Shown piece by piece: positions 39,143 through 48,571 of a stretch of 64,000 bases of DNA. The position numbers were made by a program, and so were the translations under genes. The notes below the pieces were generated by a model. That model did no database searches. It was not told where the DNA came from and was given only the letters and a program-made list of their open reading frames with translations. The stretch is from an uncultured virus (IMG/VR IMGVR_UViG_3300038312_000089). Taxonomy: Duplodnaviria > Heunggongvirae > Uroviricota > Caudoviricetes. The stretch is from the IMG/VR virus record IMGVR_UViG_3300038312_000089; one strand, 5' to 3'. Position 1 is the stretch's first letter. The number at the start of each line of letters is the position of its first letter.

Positions 39143-39952
39143 ATGGCAAGGTCATTACTTCCACCCAGATTTGTAGCCGTCCCTACAGATATTGCCTATG
39201 ACACGTCGGTACCATCGGGCGTGTTCAGGACATACGTGCAAGTGAGAGGGCTGATGTGGGGTCAGGAAAGCGAATCCCAAGATTTTACGATTGACCAACT
39301 AATGGAGGTGACAGGACTATCTAGATCCGCACTATACGGGCACCTGGGGATATTGAGAGATCGCGGCTGGCTGCTGTCCAGCAGTACTCACTATTCTCGG
39401 ATCACCATCTATCTGCATGGAGGTGCTCAAGCAGCGGAAGAAACGAACAATGAAACTGTGGATAACCCTGTGGATAACTTGTCCAGAAATCTGGACAGCT
39501 CTATTAAGGAGGATGTTAAAGATTTTAAGTCTTTACCCCCTGAATTTAACCTACCTCCTGATTATCTTGTTAATCCGCGCGAGAAATCTGTCCAAAAATC
39601 TGGACAAGGTGTCCAGAAATCTGGACAGGTGTCCAAAAATCAGGACAAACATAATGGCTGGCATGATGTGATCGACCGCCCTCTGGAAGGCAAGCTGGAA
39701 CGGTTGGGAGTATTCCCACAAGTTTATGGCCAGGTGGCTGAAGCTGTGCGATCGGGAGAATGGACCTTGGAAAAGGTCAAAGAGCTCGCGGACGACATTC
39801 TCGATCTGGGCGATTCTGCCGGGCCAGGGGTGTTTGTTTTCCGCTTGAAAAACAGGATCCGGCCGGAAACAGCGGCCGAAAAGCAAGAGAAGACCGTCGA
39901 AAAATACCGGAAACTGTATCGGGACAAGAGCGAGGTGAAAAATGGCGCGTAA
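39143..39952 (+). CDS. Replication initiator (phage B)
   Basis: N-terminal HTH; internal iterons and DnaA boxes. Confidence 0.75.
   Translation: MARSLLPPRFVAVPTDIAYDTSVPSGVFRTYVQVRGLMWGQESESQDFTIDQLMEVTGLSRSALYGHLGILRDRGWLLSSSTHYSRITIYLHGGAQAAEETNNETVDNPVDNLSRNLDSSIKEDVKDFKSLPPEFNLPPDYLVNPREKSVQKSGQGVQKSGQVSKNQDKHNGWHDVIDRPLEGKLERLGVFPQVYGQVAEAVRSGEWTLEKVKELADDILDLGDSAGPGVFVFRLKNRIRPETAAEKQEKTVEKYRKLYRDKSEVKNGA
39457..39647. repeat. Putative origin: two DnaA boxes plus four palindromic 18-bp iterons
   Basis: TGTGGATAA at 39457 and 39469; TGTCCA(G/A)AAATC(T/A)GGACA at 39480, 39589, 39610, 39630. Confidence 0.8.
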
Positions 39953-40435
39953 GGAAGATGTGATCATCCGGGTTTTGGTGGACAGTGCGGCTGAGATCGG
40001 GATCGTGAAAGGGTTGCAGGCGTTTGCGGCGAAAATGGCGCCGCTGATCCTGCGGCTCGAGCGGGAAGGCAAGCTCAACGAGCTGCAGATCGCCCTGGCT
40101 TTAGGTTGGGACGGGCCGTTTATTTTTGGCAACCGGATCAACCGCAAGAAGTTTGCGAAGATCATCCTGGACAAGTTGCAGTTGGCGCTCATTGCCAACG
40201 CAAACCCGGGAAGCGCACTGGCACGTACCCAGCGCGAGAAGCAGATGCAGCTATGGTAACCCTGGCGCAGTTTGCAGGTCGTTTGGTTTGTTCCTTGCTG
40301 GCAATTGCGGTGATCTGGATGGTTTTGATTATCACGGTCCAGGTTGGAGTGTTGCTTTGGCGGGTGAACCATGAGGAAGTTGAGGAAAAGGATGAATGAT
40401 CTGGTTCTACCTCCCGACCATGTGGACGGTGAGCG

Positions 40436-40864
40436 ATGAAAATCGTCCAGATTGTTGTAGACGAGAGACCGCGAAGTGCAAGCAGATGTCCTGCAACCGA
40501 TAGATTTTGGCCTGGTTTCGACGAGGTGAAAAACGTTACTTGCAAACTCACTGGCGGAGTGGACCAAATGACTCCACGTGAATTTTTTGCACAGCGATGC
40601 CCGAATTGCCCATTAGAAGAGGAGCGTGAAATGACTGACCCAATGGTCATCAAATTCGAATTTGTTACGAGGGACATCTATTTCGTCTCTAGGAAAAACG
40701 GTAGAGAACAGGGGAGGTTGAGACTGACCGAGGGGACATGGCGGTATAAGGACACGAGCGTTTTTTATCTTACCGCCCTCGAACTACGAGCAATAGCCGA
40801 TAAGCTGGACCAACTGAATCGGCTGAATGACAAGGAACGCAGAGCGACTGATGAGCAGAGCTAA
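40436..40864 (+). CDS. Fusion ORF: homolog of 8934..9140 joined in frame to a second small gene
   Basis: First 65 aa match the phage A protein; junction GAG CGT GAA ATG. Confidence 0.6.
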   Translation: MKIVQIVVDERPRSASRCPATDRFWPGFDEVKNVTCKLTGGVDQMTPREFFAQRCPNCPLEEEREMTDPMVIKFEFVTRDIYFVSRKNGREQGRLRLTEGTWRYKDTSVFYLTALELRAIADKLDQLNRLNDKERRATDEQS

Positions 40865-41426
40865 AAAAGTACCATTGGACGCTGCTCGGTATCATGCTCA
40901 CAGATTGCTGGATCTGCTGGAGCCGGTATGCGAGCGGATTGAGATTGCGGGATCCATCAGACGGCAATGCCTGGAGGTAGGGGACATTGAGCTCATTGCT
41001 ATCCCCAAACCCACCCGGGATCTGTTCGGGGTCCGTAAATGGGACACTAAGGTGATCATTGACAGGATTTTTGAGCTTGATGAACCAGGCTTTCTAAGAT
41101 CTCCTCAACTTATCTTTGAGGGGATGCCGCTATTTACCAAACGAGGTGAGTGGTACGCCCAGTTTACGATATTTGGCATGAAGGTTGACCTTTTCATGAC
41201 TACACCCGAGAAGTGGGGTTGCATCTACATGATCAGGACCGGATCAGCAGCATTCTCGAAGCGGATGATGACAAAAAAATCGTGGGGTGGTTATTGCCCG
41301 GATCATCTCTATTTCAAAGAAGGGCGCTTGTGGGACGGCGAAGAGGTTCTGGATACACCTGAAGAGGATGATGTTTTCAGACTGTTAGGCGTTCCCTGGA
41401 TGGATCCGGTTGAGAGGTTCGAATGA
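40851..41426 (+). CDS. Minimal PolX-like nucleotidyltransferase (second copy)
   Basis: Highly similar to 9825..10391. Confidence 0.85.
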   Translation: MSRAKKVPLDAARYHAHRLLDLLEPVCERIEIAGSIRRQCLEVGDIELIAIPKPTRDLFGVRKWDTKVIIDRIFELDEPGFLRSPQLIFEGMPLFTKRGEWYAQFTIFGMKVDLFMTTPEKWGCIYMIRTGSAAFSKRMMTKKSWGGYCPDHLYFKEGRLWDGEEVLDTPEEDDVFRLLGVPWMDPVERFE

Positions 41427-41890
41427 GCGAACCGGTAATAAGCGTAAGGGGCAACTTGCTTATCAATAACTTTGCTAATCGTGTGAGGTTGCACGTCCTG
41501 AAATGGGCTGTTACCGTTGCGAGAGGTGAATCGTTCTCAACACCAGAATTGACGAAAGCAACAGAAGAGGAGTCAGACGGATTCGCCATGCTGAAAAGAT
41601 ATATTGCCCGATTAGAGTCAAAGGCAGAAAGGCTGAAGGACCGGAGCAAATTTATGGCTAAGAAATACCAGGCAATTACGCGCACAGAGATGAGCGAAGA
41701 TGATCTCACGGAATTCTACAGGCTGCTCTATGCCTGGGAAGATGCCAGGGACGAGTACATGCAGGCTCTTGGTGGGACGACATTCAACCAGGACGATGTG
41801 AAGGCAAAGGCAGCAGCCTCGGTAGAAGCCAAAGCGCAGCTGGAAGATTTCGTAAAGGGATTATGCAAAAGGGAAGAGGTGAACAAATGA
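41423..41890 (+). CDS. Hypothetical protein
   Basis: Coupled ORF. Confidence 0.55.
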   Translation: MSEPVISVRGNLLINNFANRVRLHVLKWAVTVARGESFSTPELTKATEEESDGFAMLKRYIARLESKAERLKDRSKFMAKKYQAITRTEMSEDDLTEFYRLLYAWEDARDEYMQALGGTTFNQDDVKAKAAASVEAKAQLEDFVKGLCKREEVNK

Positions 41891-42396
41891 AAGCAATCAG
41901 CATCAAGCAGCCCTGGGCGTGGTTGATCGCCACTGGGTACATGACAGTGGAAAACCGGAAGTGGTATACGGCGCACCGGGGCGATATCCTGATCCATGCC
42001 AGCAAAAGCAAGAAAGATCTTGAACGGGATATTGACCATGTAAGAAGGGTTTTCATGATTGGGATCGACCCTGAACGGCTGGAGTTTGGAAAGGCACTGG
42101 CAGTAGCTGACCTGATTGGCTGTACCAAGGAACCAGAGGCGCGGGTCGATCAGTACTGGCACAAAGAGGGCTATTTCGCCTGGATCCTGCGCCGGATCCG
42201 TCCGATTGACCCGTTTGAAGTTCGGGGAAAGCTGAATTTATTCGAGGTCCCATTCTCCTGGGGCGAGTACCCTGAACAGCTCGGGCAGCCTATCACGTTT
42301 GCCAGGGCTGTGTTTACGATGTTTCAAGCAGAGGTTGTTGACGCGTTCGGCGGTGTCAACGACTGGCCGGCATATTTGCGACCAAGTAAGTTCTAA
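41887..42396 (+). CDS. ASCH-domain protein
   Basis: MKAISIKQPWAWLI..G...VENR.W...RG.ILIHAS. Confidence 0.9.
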   Translation: MKAISIKQPWAWLIATGYMTVENRKWYTAHRGDILIHASKSKKDLERDIDHVRRVFMIGIDPERLEFGKALAVADLIGCTKEPEARVDQYWHKEGYFAWILRRIRPIDPFEVRGKLNLFEVPFSWGEYPEQLGQPITFARAVFTMFQAEVVDAFGGVNDWPAYLRPSKF

Positions 42397-42409
42397 GAAA
42401 GAGGGTTAC

Positions 42410-42622
42410 ATGCCAGAAGAGACAGTGATCATTGAGTGTCAGAAATGCGGCCGGGAGGTCGGGAGATTGAGCGACTTCAAGGGCCGGCAGATACTGATCG
42501 TGAACGGGATCGCAACTACCTTCTGGCGGGGTGTTTGCGTAGAATGCGGCAGGGAGTTCCACTGGGACATGGGGACGAAGGCGCTGGCAGAGTTGATCAA
42601 TCAGATGCTTCAAAAGGAGTGA
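42410..42622 (+). CDS. Small zinc-ribbon protein
   Basis: CQKCG...CVECG. Confidence 0.65.
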   Translation: MPEETVIIECQKCGREVGRLSDFKGRQILIVNGIATTFWRGVCVECGREFHWDMGTKALAELINQMLQKE

Positions 42623-42637
42623 TCAGTCTGGGACAGA

Positions 42638-42666
42638 TTGATTAATTACCGGTAGGTAACTATACT
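42638..42666 (+). promoter_or_regulatory. Sigma70-like promoter of the cargo island
   Basis: TTGATT-17-TATACT. Confidence 0.6.
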
Positions 42667-42703
42667 ATCCTAGGGAATCGGGATCATTAACAGGGAGGGT
42701 AAC

Positions 42704-42988
42704 TTGAAGTATTATCTAGTTACGTATGATTTGAATACGAGTGGACAGAATTATCGAGATCTGTTGAACAAGATCAGAGGTTGTGCGGAGTGGGCAAGGT
42801 TATCAGAATCTTCCTATGCTGTGGGAACATTGAAGACCCCACAACAACTCTTTGATGACCTGAAGACCTATTTAGACAGCAACGACCAACTTTACATAGT
42901 CAATATTACAAAACCATACACAGGTGTTGGGCCTGAAGAAGTTAATAAGTGGTTAGAAAGCAAACTACCAAACACATCCCTTTGGTAG
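42704..42988 (+). CDS. Small Cas2/VapD-like ferredoxin-fold protein
   Basis: YLVTYDL start, SESSY, LDSNDQLYI; 94 aa. Confidence 0.6.
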   Translation: MKYYLVTYDLNTSGQNYRDLLNKIRGCAEWARLSESSYAVGTLKTPQQLFDDLKTYLDSNDQLYIVNITKPYTGVGPEEVNKWLESKLPNTSLW

Positions 42989-43125
42989 GATAGACCAACA
43001 TTTACCGATTCCCAACCAACCAACCAACAATTCTTTTTATTCGTTGGTTGATTTTTGTATAGTAAATGGAACAGGCAGGTATAATGTGGGTACCAAAGGC
43101 GCAAACAAACCAGGAGGTAAAGCAT

Positions 43126-44607
43126 ATGTCACTCGAGAACCGCACGCTCTATTTTGGGGATAATCTGCAGGTAATAGAGGAGAGATTTCCCGACAACTTT
43201 TTTGACTTGATCTACCTGGACCCGCCATTCAATTCAAATCGAAATTACAACGTGCTATTCAAAGAAGGACAGGTGGACGCTACGGCCCAAATCAGGGCGT
43301 TTGAGGACACTTGGGAATGGTCCACCCCTACCATCAGACTTTTTAATGACCTGAAGGAAAGCAAAAACCCACAGATCGCAATCATGATGCAGAGCCTGTT
43401 TGAGATCATGCGAGACACTCCAATGATGGCTTACCTGGTGAATATGACAGCAAGGCTGATCCCACTGCAGAGAGTGTTGAAGGAGACCGGATCCATCTAC
43501 CTGCATTGCGACCCTACCGCAAGCCACTACCTGAAAATGATCATGGATGTTGTGTTTGGGAAAAGGAACTTCGTTAATGAAATCATTTGGAGTTACAAAA
43601 AATGGTCTGTTGCTGAAAAGAGTTTTTCACGCAACCATGATGTAATTTTATTTTATGTCAAAGATAGAGATAAATCTAAGTTCAACATACAATACCAATC
43701 AAGAGCTGAATCGACATTAAAGAGATTTGGGAATAAAACAATCGTTTCTGGTTTTGATGGGAATGGTAAAAGAATCCCATCCACCACAACCGAGGTCGAA
43801 TCGAGTGGTGTCAAAATGTCTGACGTATGGGAAGTGTCTATTATTGCTCCAGTCTCTAATGAGCGCCTCGGTTATCCAACTCAGAAACCAGAAGCATTAC
43901 TCGAGCGCATCATCCAGGCATCGAGCAATAAAGGTGACTGGGTATTGGATCCATTCTGTGGATGTGGAACTACCGTAGCTGTTGCAGAGCGATTGAACCG
44001 GAAATGGATCGGCATTGATATTAGTATGCAAGCGGTGAACGTGATCAGGGGGCGAATGACGAACCACTTTCCAGGGATCAAGGTCAACATTGACGGGATC
44101 CCGATGGATTACGAATCAGCTGCGGCACTGGCTGAAAAGGATAAGTTTGCCTTCCAGGACTGGGCGATAACCCTCGTAGGCGCAAACCCACCAAGTGGGG
44201 TGTCGAAAAAGGGCGCAGATAGAGGAATTGATGGGATCATCCTTTTCAGAGAAAAAGTTGATTATTCTAACCCGAAACTGCGCAAGATCGTTGTTCAGGT
44301 AAAAGGCGGAGGGACTAACAGGGGAGACGTTGCCAGGCTAAAAGGCGACCTGGATAGAGAGGATGCCCCGATGGGAATCCTGATCACACTCAAGGATGCC
44401 ACATCTGAGATGAAACGTGAAGCGGCTTTGTCCGGAGAATATCAGTACACTCAATCGACCGCATTCCCACGGATCCAACTGTTATCGATCCGGGAATGGT
44501 TTGAAGGCAAGGAGCTAAAGCTGCCGGCTGACACAGTAAACCCGTTCAAAAAAGCGGAAGCCAAAAAGGGTAAGGATGTCGGGCAGCTGGAAATCGATTT
44601 GGAATAA
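43126..44607 (+). CDS. Beta-class N6A/N4C DNA methyltransferase fused to a C-terminal PD-(D/E)xK (Mrr-like) nuclease
   Basis: YLDPPF, YPTQKP, DPFCGCGT; ADRGIDG...VQVKGG. Confidence 0.9.
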   Translation: MSLENRTLYFGDNLQVIEERFPDNFFDLIYLDPPFNSNRNYNVLFKEGQVDATAQIRAFEDTWEWSTPTIRLFNDLKESKNPQIAIMMQSLFEIMRDTPMMAYLVNMTARLIPLQRVLKETGSIYLHCDPTASHYLKMIMDVVFGKRNFVNEIIWSYKKWSVAEKSFSRNHDVILFYVKDRDKSKFNIQYQSRAESTLKRFGNKTIVSGFDGNGKRIPSTTTEVESSGVKMSDVWEVSIIAPVSNERLGYPTQKPEALLERIIQASSNKGDWVLDPFCGCGTTVAVAERLNRKWIGIDISMQAVNVIRGRMTNHFPGIKVNIDGIPMDYESAAALAEKDKFAFQDWAITLVGANPPSGVSKKGADRGIDGIILFREKVDYSNPKLRKIVVQVKGGGTNRGDVARLKGDLDREDAPMGILITLKDATSEMKREAALSGEYQYTQSTAFPRIQLLSIREWFEGKELKLPADTVNPFKKAEAKKGKDVGQLEIDLE

Positions 44608-44675
44608 TTTAAGGTTTCTCACTGGTGTTTTTGGTGAAAATAGCATGGCGGTATAGTAGAATAACCATTGTGCTT

Positions 44676-44748
44676 GCCCCCATAGCTTAATGGAACGAGC
44701 TTTTCATTTGCGATGATTAAGATGGGAGTTCGAGTCTCCCTGGGGGCA
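44676..44748 (+). tRNA. Atypical tRNA-like gene, anticodon TGC, no G3:U70
   Basis: GCCCCCA/TGGGGGC-A acceptor stem, D-arm, T-arm GGGAG-TTCGAGT-CTCCC; anticodon stem has only 3 pairs. Confidence 0.75.
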
Positions 44749-44766
44749 TTCACCTTTTATATTACC

Positions 44767-44795
44767 TTGACAGTTTCTAAAGAAATCCTTATACT
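44767..44795 (+). promoter_or_regulatory. Near-consensus sigma70 promoter for a small downstream RNA
   Basis: TTGACA-17-TATACT. Confidence 0.75.
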
Positions 44796-45020
44796 TTAAC
44801 CATCATCGCAAATGATAGACGTATCCATTGAGCAACTCGGAAAAAGGAGAAAAAAGGAGCACTATCCCATCTCTCCGCCGTCAAGCCGCCGCCCTCTGAA
44901 TCCCCTTCAGGGGCGGTGTGCTTTAAGGTGACAATGCCTGAATGAAATTCTTGTAATCACCCCCTATATATGGTATTATATTAGGTAGAAAACCGAATAT
45001 CTGGCGTTTGTTGGCTTCCA

Positions 45021-45068
45021 ACCAACCATTGATCTTGAGAGAGATCGCGTGGTTGGTTTTTCGTTTTT
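45021..45068 (+). terminator. Terminator/attenuator in the phage B late leader
   Basis: AACCAACCA...TGGTTGGTT stem plus T-tract. Confidence 0.7.
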
Positions 45069-45104
45069 AAGCGCCTGGAGCGACCAGGAGAAGGATGGAG
45101 TTGA

Positions 45105-45443
45105 ATGCAACCAATTGAGTTTACCCCTGAGATGATTATCAATGTGATCGCTGTGATTGCCAGTTTGCTAGCATCATACTTCCCGGCGCTCTCAACCTGG
45201 TTCGCAGGATTGAGGTCGGAAGTGAAGAGCGGGATCATGTTGATCGGGATGGTGATTGTTACAGGAACGATCGTCTTGTTAGTCAACATGGGATTGATCC
45301 CATCCACAGCGGGCCCGATTACATTGGCCCAAGCCGTTTACGCATTTATCCAGGCCTTGATCTTTAATGCTGGGACTTACATCGTTTCACCACAAACCAG
45401 CAAGGTCAAGCAGGTCAAGGCAACCCGCAACCTGGCAGGATAA
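45105..45443 (+). CDS. Holin-like membrane protein
   Basis: Three TM segments; first gene of the late operon. Confidence 0.65.
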   Translation: MQPIEFTPEMIINVIAVIASLLASYFPALSTWFAGLRSEVKSGIMLIGMVIVTGTIVLLVNMGLIPSTAGPITLAQAVYAFIQALIFNAGTYIVSPQTSKVKQVKATRNLAG

Positions 45444-45446
45444 CGA

Positions 45447-45953
45447 GTGGATCTGTTACAGATCATCCTGATACTGATCCCCGTCGCGCTGGGAAGCGGC
45501 GGCCTGGGTTCAGTGATCGCGACCAACATTGCCAACCGTCACAAAGCAAAAGCAGAAGCTGAGAAAGCTGAAGCCGAAGCGGTGAAGATCAAAGCTGAAG
45601 TTGAAAAGGTGAAGGCGGATATCGTCGACACGTTGGCCGAGCATTATGCCTCCGAACTGACTGCGTTACGTAACGAATCAAAAGATATGAAATCCCAGAT
45701 TGCTAACCTGAATATTGAAATCGCCCAGCTTAAATCAGAACGAAAATCCGGCGAGGTCACAATTGAAACATTGACAAAGAAGAACACGGAGTTGACCTCG
45801 CAAGTCCGGGAGTTGACAGAAGCGTCGGAAAAGAAAGATGCGCGGATCCTGGAGCTTGAGAAACAGGTGGCTGTCATCCCAGGGCTTGAGAAGCGCATTG
45901 CTGAGCTCACTGCTCGGCTGGATGCTTTCAATGGGAAGAGTAACTGTGACTAA
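45447..45953 (+). CDS. Membrane-anchored coiled-coil protein
   Basis: N-terminal TM (LGSGGLG) plus long coiled coil. Confidence 0.6.
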   Translation: MDLLQIILILIPVALGSGGLGSVIATNIANRHKAKAEAEKAEAEAVKIKAEVEKVKADIVDTLAEHYASELTALRNESKDMKSQIANLNIEIAQLKSERKSGEVTIETLTKKNTELTSQVRELTEASEKKDARILELEKQVAVIPGLEKRIAELTARLDAFNGKSNCD

Positions 45954-46287
45954 TCGTCCGTTACGCCCATGCTCGTATCCTGGCTGCCCCAACCTGGTGA
46001 CAAGTGGGCGGTGCCAGGCGCACGCATCCACGGGTACCGGGTGGACCAGAGACCGGAACCGGCAGAGGTTGTATGACCGACGTTGGCAGTCATTCCGGGT
46101 AGCGTTCCTGGCGGAGCACCCTTGGTGTGTCGCCTGTGAGCGCGTAGGCATTACAACACCAGCAGAACATGTGGACCATGTTACGCCGCACAAAGGCGAT
46201 CCACAAAAGTTCTGGAGTGGTCCTTTCCAGGCCTTGTGCCCGAGCTGTCACTCGAAGAAGACAATCGAAGAGACGGGGGGGGGATGA
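45946..46287 (+). CDS. Terminase-associated HNH endonuclease (HK97 gp74-like)
   Basis: PCSYPGC, CVAC, VDHVTPHKGD, LCPSCHSKKT. Confidence 0.9.
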   Translation: MTNRPLRPCSYPGCPNLVTSGRCQAHASTGTGWTRDRNRQRLYDRRWQSFRVAFLAEHPWCVACERVGITTPAEHVDHVTPHKGDPQKFWSGPFQALCPSCHSKKTIEETGGG

Positions 46288-46362
46288 AAAAGTTTCAAGT
46301 AGGCGGGTGTCGAGCGCAGGTGGTCACTTGCACGAAAAAAAATCCCAATGTGGAGAATTCCG

Positions 46363-47004
46363 ATGCCTGCTAAAAAACCAGCAGATTTGGTGGTCAGACA
46401 TGAAACTCTGGGTGAAAAAAATCAGAGATTATCAGCAGAAAACGTGAATAAAACGGGTAGAAGTTTACCAACTTCAGCACCCAAAGAGCTGAAAGGCCAC
46501 ACGTTTGCCAGGGAAAGCTGGCGAAGGCTGATGCGCGAGTTTGACAGCCTGAAAGCGGAGCGGGTGGACAGTCAGGACCGTGATCTGCTGATTGCTTATT
46601 GTCTAACCCTGGAAGAAGAACAGGATTTGCTGGTCATGCGAACAGCCGCCCTGTCAGATTGGAAAGATCGGCGTGAGGATGTGCTCTTGCATCGCAAACA
46701 CATGGCGGATTATGACCGGGAAGGTGAAACCTGGGATGTGCTGGTAAAGCAACTGGTTCAGATTGTGAACAAGGTGCAGTCCGCTTACAAAACCGTCCTG
46801 GATATTGATGCCAGGTTGGACCGCAAGCGGTCGAGCCTGCTTGGTTATCAGCAACAGATGTACCTGACACCGCGCTCGAGAGCTGGAGTGGTCCCTGAAC
46901 GAGCAGAAGAAGAGGACCAGCTGGACGAGATGGAGAAGCTTTTAGGTGATCCAGCTTTCCAGTTTGAAGCGATCGTGAACAAGGGAGGAAAGAATGCCGT
47001 TTGA
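46363..47004 (+). CDS. terS: Terminase small subunit (P27-like)
   Basis: APKEL...W..L...YC...LTPRSRA. Confidence 0.8.
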   Translation: MPAKKPADLVVRHETLGEKNQRLSAENVNKTGRSLPTSAPKELKGHTFARESWRRLMREFDSLKAERVDSQDRDLLIAYCLTLEEEQDLLVMRTAALSDWKDRREDVLLHRKHMADYDREGETWDVLVKQLVQIVNKVQSAYKTVLDIDARLDRKRSSLLGYQQQMYLTPRSRAGVVPERAEEEDQLDEMEKLLGDPAFQFEAIVNKGGKNAV

Positions 47005-48571
47005 CCAGGTCAAAGCGGACCGCGCTTGCGCATTCTTCTCCATGTTGAAACACACCGATGGGAAGTTCTATGGTCAGCCCTTCAAGCTGCTGCCCTGGGA
47101 AGAGAATATCTTGCGGGATGTGTATGGAACCGTCAAAGAAGATGGTACCCGGCAGTACCGATACATCTGGGTTGAGGTTCCGAAGAAAAATGGAAAATCG
47201 GAACTTGGAGCTGGGGTGGCGCTCTATCATCTGTTTGCCGATGGAGAGATCAACGGCGAGGTTTATGGCTGCGCCGCGGATCGTGACCAGGCGTCCATTA
47301 TCTACGATGTAGCCAGCAAAATGCTTGAGCTGGTTCCAGCGATGCGGAAGCGCTCCAAGATCTTGCCATCTTACAAGAAAATTACCGATAAGGTAAGCGG
47401 AACGCGCTATAAGGTGTTGAGCTCAGAGGCGTACACGAAGCATGGATACAAACCTTCCGCTGTGCTGTTTGATGAGATCCACGCGCAGCCAAACCGCGAG
47501 CTGTGGGATGTTATGACCCACGGATCCGGTGCTTCCCGCGCCCAGCCGATCTGGTGGAACTTTACCACCGCAGGCAAGGACCCTGACAGGGTGAGCATTG
47601 GCTGGGAGCTGCATGACTACGCCATGAAGGTTGCCTCTGGAGAGATCTCGGACCCGTCCTGGTATGTAGCAATCTACTCCTACGAGGGCGAAGATATCTA
47701 CAACGAGGAGAATTGGTTTGAAGCCAACCCCTCCCTTGGTGTAGCCAAAGATATCGAGTCAATGCGGGATGCAGCCAACCGGGCAAAAAACAGCCCTGAT
47801 GTCGAACTGAACTTCCGTTGGCTGGACTTGAACCAGTGGGTGACGACAAAGCTCACCAGCTGGATTGACCTGGGAGTATACGATCAAACTGAGGAAGAGA
47901 TCCCGGACGAGAAACTGCTTGGAATGAAATGTTTCATTGGCCAGGACGCTTCTACTACAACCGACCTTTCCGCTATCGTAAGGCTATTCCCACCTCAACC
48001 AGGATTAGATCACTGGCATTTCAAGAGCGACGCCTTTATTCCGCGCAACACATTGCTTGATCGGGTCCGAACTGATCATGTCCCCTATGACAAATGGGAG
48101 ATAAGCGGGCACGTACACGTAACAGATGGAGACACGATCGACCATTGGGCAATCCTTGACAAGATCCTTGAATACAAGGGAATGTATGACGTGGTTGAGC
48201 TGGTCTCAGACCCTGCGTTTGCGGTCATGTTGACTCAGGCTGAAATCAAAGAAGGGGTCAACGTAGTCACTCAGCAAGGTACTTTTGCAGTCCTGACAGA
48301 CCCAATGAACACTGTTGAAACCCTGATGCGTTCCGGACAGCTGACCCATGAACACAATCCACTCTTGCGATGGACCTTCGGAAACGCCTCGATCGCGACT
48401 AACGGATCAGGATTGAAAAAGCTTGTCAAAGAGACTAAAGGAAAGAGCGTGATCAGGACCAAACGAATCGACCCAGTTATGGCGCTGGTGCTGGCAATGT
48501 GCCGGGCGCGGTTCTACGACCAGGCCGACAACCTCGAGGAACGGATCCTCTCGGAAGGATGGGGTATGTGA
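46994..48571 (+). CDS. terL: Terminase large subunit
   Basis: PKKNGKS, FDEIH, RIDPVMA. Confidence 0.95.
   Translation: MPFDQVKADRACAFFSMLKHTDGKFYGQPFKLLPWEENILRDVYGTVKEDGTRQYRYIWVEVPKKNGKSELGAGVALYHLFADGEINGEVYGCAADRDQASIIYDVASKMLELVPAMRKRSKILPSYKKITDKVSGTRYKVLSSEAYTKHGYKPSAVLFDEIHAQPNRELWDVMTHGSGASRAQPIWWNFTTAGKDPDRVSIGWELHDYAMKVASGEISDPSWYVAIYSYEGEDIYNEENWFEANPSLGVAKDIESMRDAANRAKNSPDVELNFRWLDLNQWVTTKLTSWIDLGVYDQTEEEIPDEKLLGMKCFIGQDASTTTDLSAIVRLFPPQPGLDHWHFKSDAFIPRNTLLDRVRTDHVPYDKWEISGHVHVTDGDTIDHWAILDKILEYKGMYDVVELVSDPAFAVMLTQAEIKEGVNVVTQQGTFAVLTDPMNTVETLMRSGQLTHEHNPLLRWTFGNASIATNGSGLKKLVKETKGKSVIRTKRIDPVMALVLAMCRARFYDQADNLEERILSEGWGM

Noticed and set aside
39423..39433. GTGCTCAAGCA, a phage A iteron-like word in the phage B initiator
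   Set aside because: Single 11-nt match in coding sequence; insufficient evidence
42704..42988. True CRISPR cas2
   Set aside because: No cas1 or array nearby; treated as a stand-alone Cas2-like fold
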